A stretch of 24,664 nt of DNA from Brasilonema angustatum HA4187-MV1. Its GTDB lineage: Bacteria > Cyanobacteriota > Cyanobacteriia > Cyanobacteriales > Nostocaceae. Location: the NCBI GenBank assembly GCA_019359695.1, contig JAHHGV010000081.1, positions 1-24,664 of the forward strand. The letters are read 5' to 3'. The notes under the pieces are model-generated. The model searched no databases. It was not told where the DNA came from and was given only the letters and a program-made list of their open reading frames with translations. Positions 23,267 through 24,664 of the stretch are shown here, in pieces. Position 1 is the stretch's first letter. The number at the start of each line of letters is the position of its first letter. The translations under genes were made by a program, and so were the position numbers.

Positions 23267-24664
23267 TTACAACGGGTTAGCCCTTTTCCTACCCTTAGAA
23301 TTCTTGATGAACTCAATAGTTTTATCTAATGGAGTATCAAGCTTTTGCATAGCTCTTATCATTGATAGAACTCGGTGAGGTATACACCCAAGACTTCTGT
23401 TTCTCCATTCACCGTTTACTTTTTCTTCCCAGTTAAAACCCCATCGCCAATGAGTAACATCATTTTCGTCACGTTCACCATCAATTCGCGGATAAGTGAC
23501 AATCAACCCATTCTTCAGGGTTTTGTTTTCTAGATACTTGTATAGACAACCTCTAGCACGTCGTTCATCTACTGATGCTTTCGAGGTATAAAACTCTGTG
23601 GAGTCCGATAGCGGCAAGTCTTGGGTCAAAAGTGTTACCGAGGGCTTCGCGTCGTCGTCGGATGATGCGATCGCCTTTAGGAAGTCCCAAGCTGTAAGAG
23701 AGTTGGTTGGGTCGGTCCAGTCGGTTGGAATTCCTAGCGATTCCTCTAAGAATTGAGGGTTTATTACTTGTCCCCGCTCCAAGTGTCCTGTTTGTCTCAA
23801 GTGCTGCTCTAATTTGTTCAATCCAGGGGGACGGGATTTCACTGAACTGTATGCTGTTGGCGACGGCAACCAATAGCAATCTTTGTCTGACAAATCGACT
23901 TCCAACACTGCCACCGGAAACCAAAGCACCCTCAAGTCGATATCCGAGCGTGTCGAAGATTTCCGCCAATCGATTAATGTAGAGTTCTTTGGCTCCTGGT
24001 CGGAGGGGACAATTGAGCAAGCCTGGGACGTTTTCAATGACACAATACTTTGGTCTAACTCGCTCGACGATTTTGACAACAAAGGGGAAGCAGTCTCTCT
24101 CGTCGTCTGCACCGAGTCGCATTCCTCTGATACTAAATGGGGGGCATGGAGTGGAACAGGAGATGATGTCTGCTTCTGGCAGTGACTCAAGCTTGGCGAT
24201 GTCTCCGAAGTTTTCGACGCCTGGGTATCGTTTTGCAAGGATTCCACAGCAGTAGTCGTCGATTTCGGCAACTCCAACGAGTTGCAATCCAAGGGCAGCA
24301 CCTGCGAAACAGTATCCTGCACCAATTCCTGAGCACAAATCAAATTGCTTGAGTCTTCTTTGTCCTTCCATTCCTTCCATGCCTGTTCGTATTCGTTTAA
24401 GTTTGGATAATCGTCTGGGTCTGGTGCTTCTTCGCTAGAATCCAAGAAGATGAGCAACTGTCCATCCTGTTCCTTCTGGAATACGCCTGTACTATTGAAG
24501 TCTTTAGGATTCCACCTGTCATCATCGCTGATATCACTCGTTTCCTCTAAGAAAGCGCAAGCGGTATTATTTTCCTGAGAATGGTCATCATCGCTGATAT
24601 CACTCGTTTCCTCTAAGAAAACAGAAACGGTATGATTTTCCTGAGAACGGTCATCATCGCTGAT
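23267..24664 (-). CDS. Second long ORF in another frame, open to the window end. It continues the acidic repeat ORF from 1-403, overlaps the whole methyltransferase gene, and ends in an approximately 100-aa C-terminal domain.
   Basis: The frame has no stop from 24664 down to 23267 and is in phase with the 1-403 ORF across the 85-bp terminal identity. It contains NPQFLEESLGIPTDWTD (23711-23761), a C5-methyltransferase motif IX-like sequence, and a normal-looking C-terminus (GCLYKYLENKTLKNGLIVTYPRIDGERDENDVTHWRWGFNWEE...). The middle part is Ser/Thr-rich and looks like off-frame sequence. Confidence 0.45.
   Translation of the reverse strand: MSDDDRSQENHTVSVFLEETSDISDDDHSQENNTACAFLEETSDISDDDRWNPKDFNSTGVFQKEQDGQLLIFLDSSEEAPDPDDYPNLNEYEQAWKEWKDKEDSSNLICAQELVQDTVSQVLPLDCNSLELPKSTTTAVESLQNDTQASKTSETSPSLSHCQKQTSSPVPLHAPHLVSEECDSVQTTRETASPLLSKSSSELDQSIVSLKTSQACSIVPSDQEPKNSTLIDWRKSSTRSDIDLRVLWFPVAVLEVDLSDKDCYWLPSPTAYSSVKSRPPGLNKLEQHLRQTGHLERGQVINPQFLEESLGIPTDWTDPTNSLTAWDFLKAIASSDDDAKPSVTLLTQDLPLSDSTEFYTSKASVDERRARGCLYKYLENKTLKNGLIVTYPRIDGERDENDVTHWRWGFNWEEKVNGEWRNRSLGCIPHRVLSMIRAMQKLDTPLDKTIEFIKNSKGRKRANPL
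23565..24380 (-). CDS. DNA (cytosine-5)-methyltransferase, unusually short (271 aa) with a minimal target-recognition region
   Basis: Motif I is FDLCSGIGAG (24315-24344), motif IV PCPPFS (24132-24149), motif VI ENVPGL, motif VIII RQRLLLVAV, and a motif X-like ALGNTFDPRLAAIG (23622-23645). Confidence 0.8.
   Translation of the reverse strand: MEGMEGQRRLKQFDLCSGIGAGYCFAGAALGLQLVGVAEIDDYCCGILAKRYPGVENFGDIAKLESLPEADIISCSTPCPPFSIRGMRLGADDERDCFPFVVKIVERVRPKYCVIENVPGLLNCPLRPGAKELYINRLAEIFDTLGYRLEGALVSGGSVGSRFVRQRLLLVAVANSIQFSEIPSPWIEQIRAALETNRTLGAGTSNKPSILRGIARNSNRLDRPNQLSYSLGLPKGDRIIRRRREALGNTFDPRLAAIGLHRVLYLESISR
24517..24664. repeat. Tandem coding repeat of about 66 bp, continuation of the array at 1-215
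   Basis: GTCATCATCGCTGATATCACTCGTTTCCTCTAAGAAA recurs. 24580-24664 is identical to 1-85. Confidence 0.85.

Noticed and set aside
23860-23885. WLPSPTA in the long ORF, resembling the WPTP motif of some phage C5 methyltransferases
   Set aside because: It is encoded by the same nucleotides that give motif VIII (RQRLLLVAV) in the other frame. Both cannot belong to one polypeptide, so at least this match is probably coincidental.
23707-24255. Three plus-strand ORFs (91, 100 and 88 aa) antisense to the methyltransferase locus
   Set aside because: They have no motifs and lie in a locally GC-richer, stop-poor region. They also warn that long open off-frames here can arise by composition alone.

Overview
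The window looks like a complete, circularly permuted plasmid-like replicon of about 24.58 kb from a filamentous (Nostocales-type) cyanobacterium. Bases 1-85 are identical to 24580-24664. HIP1 octamers (GCGATCGC) recur, for example at 218-225, 21731-21738, 21751-21758 and 22854-22861, and short tandem repeats typical of these genomes are present. I could not recognise a canonical Rep, ParA/ParB, relaxase or transposase.

Content, in order:
- A minus-strand operon of three paralogous winged-helix proteins. It is translationally coupled to an acidic repeat ORF that crosses the window junction and overlaps a C5 cytosine methyltransferase.
- A small module with a SWIM-like protein, an RHH protein and a very unusual adenine-starved gene.
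- A coiled-coil protein and two conserved-looking hypotheticals.
- A roughly 0.9-kb array of exact 100-bp tandem repeats, split by a TIR-bounded cassette carrying only a SAM methyltransferase.
- An orphan TPS/filamentous-haemagglutinin-type exoprotein.
- A stand-alone CHASE3 protein and a peptidoglycan-binding protein with a YkuD-like domain.
- A repeat-domain/FN3/LamG protein.
- A group II intron 3' remnant.
- A two-gene Bell-like plus NB-ARC-TPR (NLR-type) module whose two proteins share a short matched motif.
- An iteron cluster and a HAD-family phosphatase-like gene.

The strongest candidates for novel biology are the NLR pair with matched signalling motifs, the adenine-free gene, and the dual-frame methyltransferase locus whose upstream coding repeats contain the iteron sequence. 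All functional calls rest on motif recognition by eye. No database search was run.
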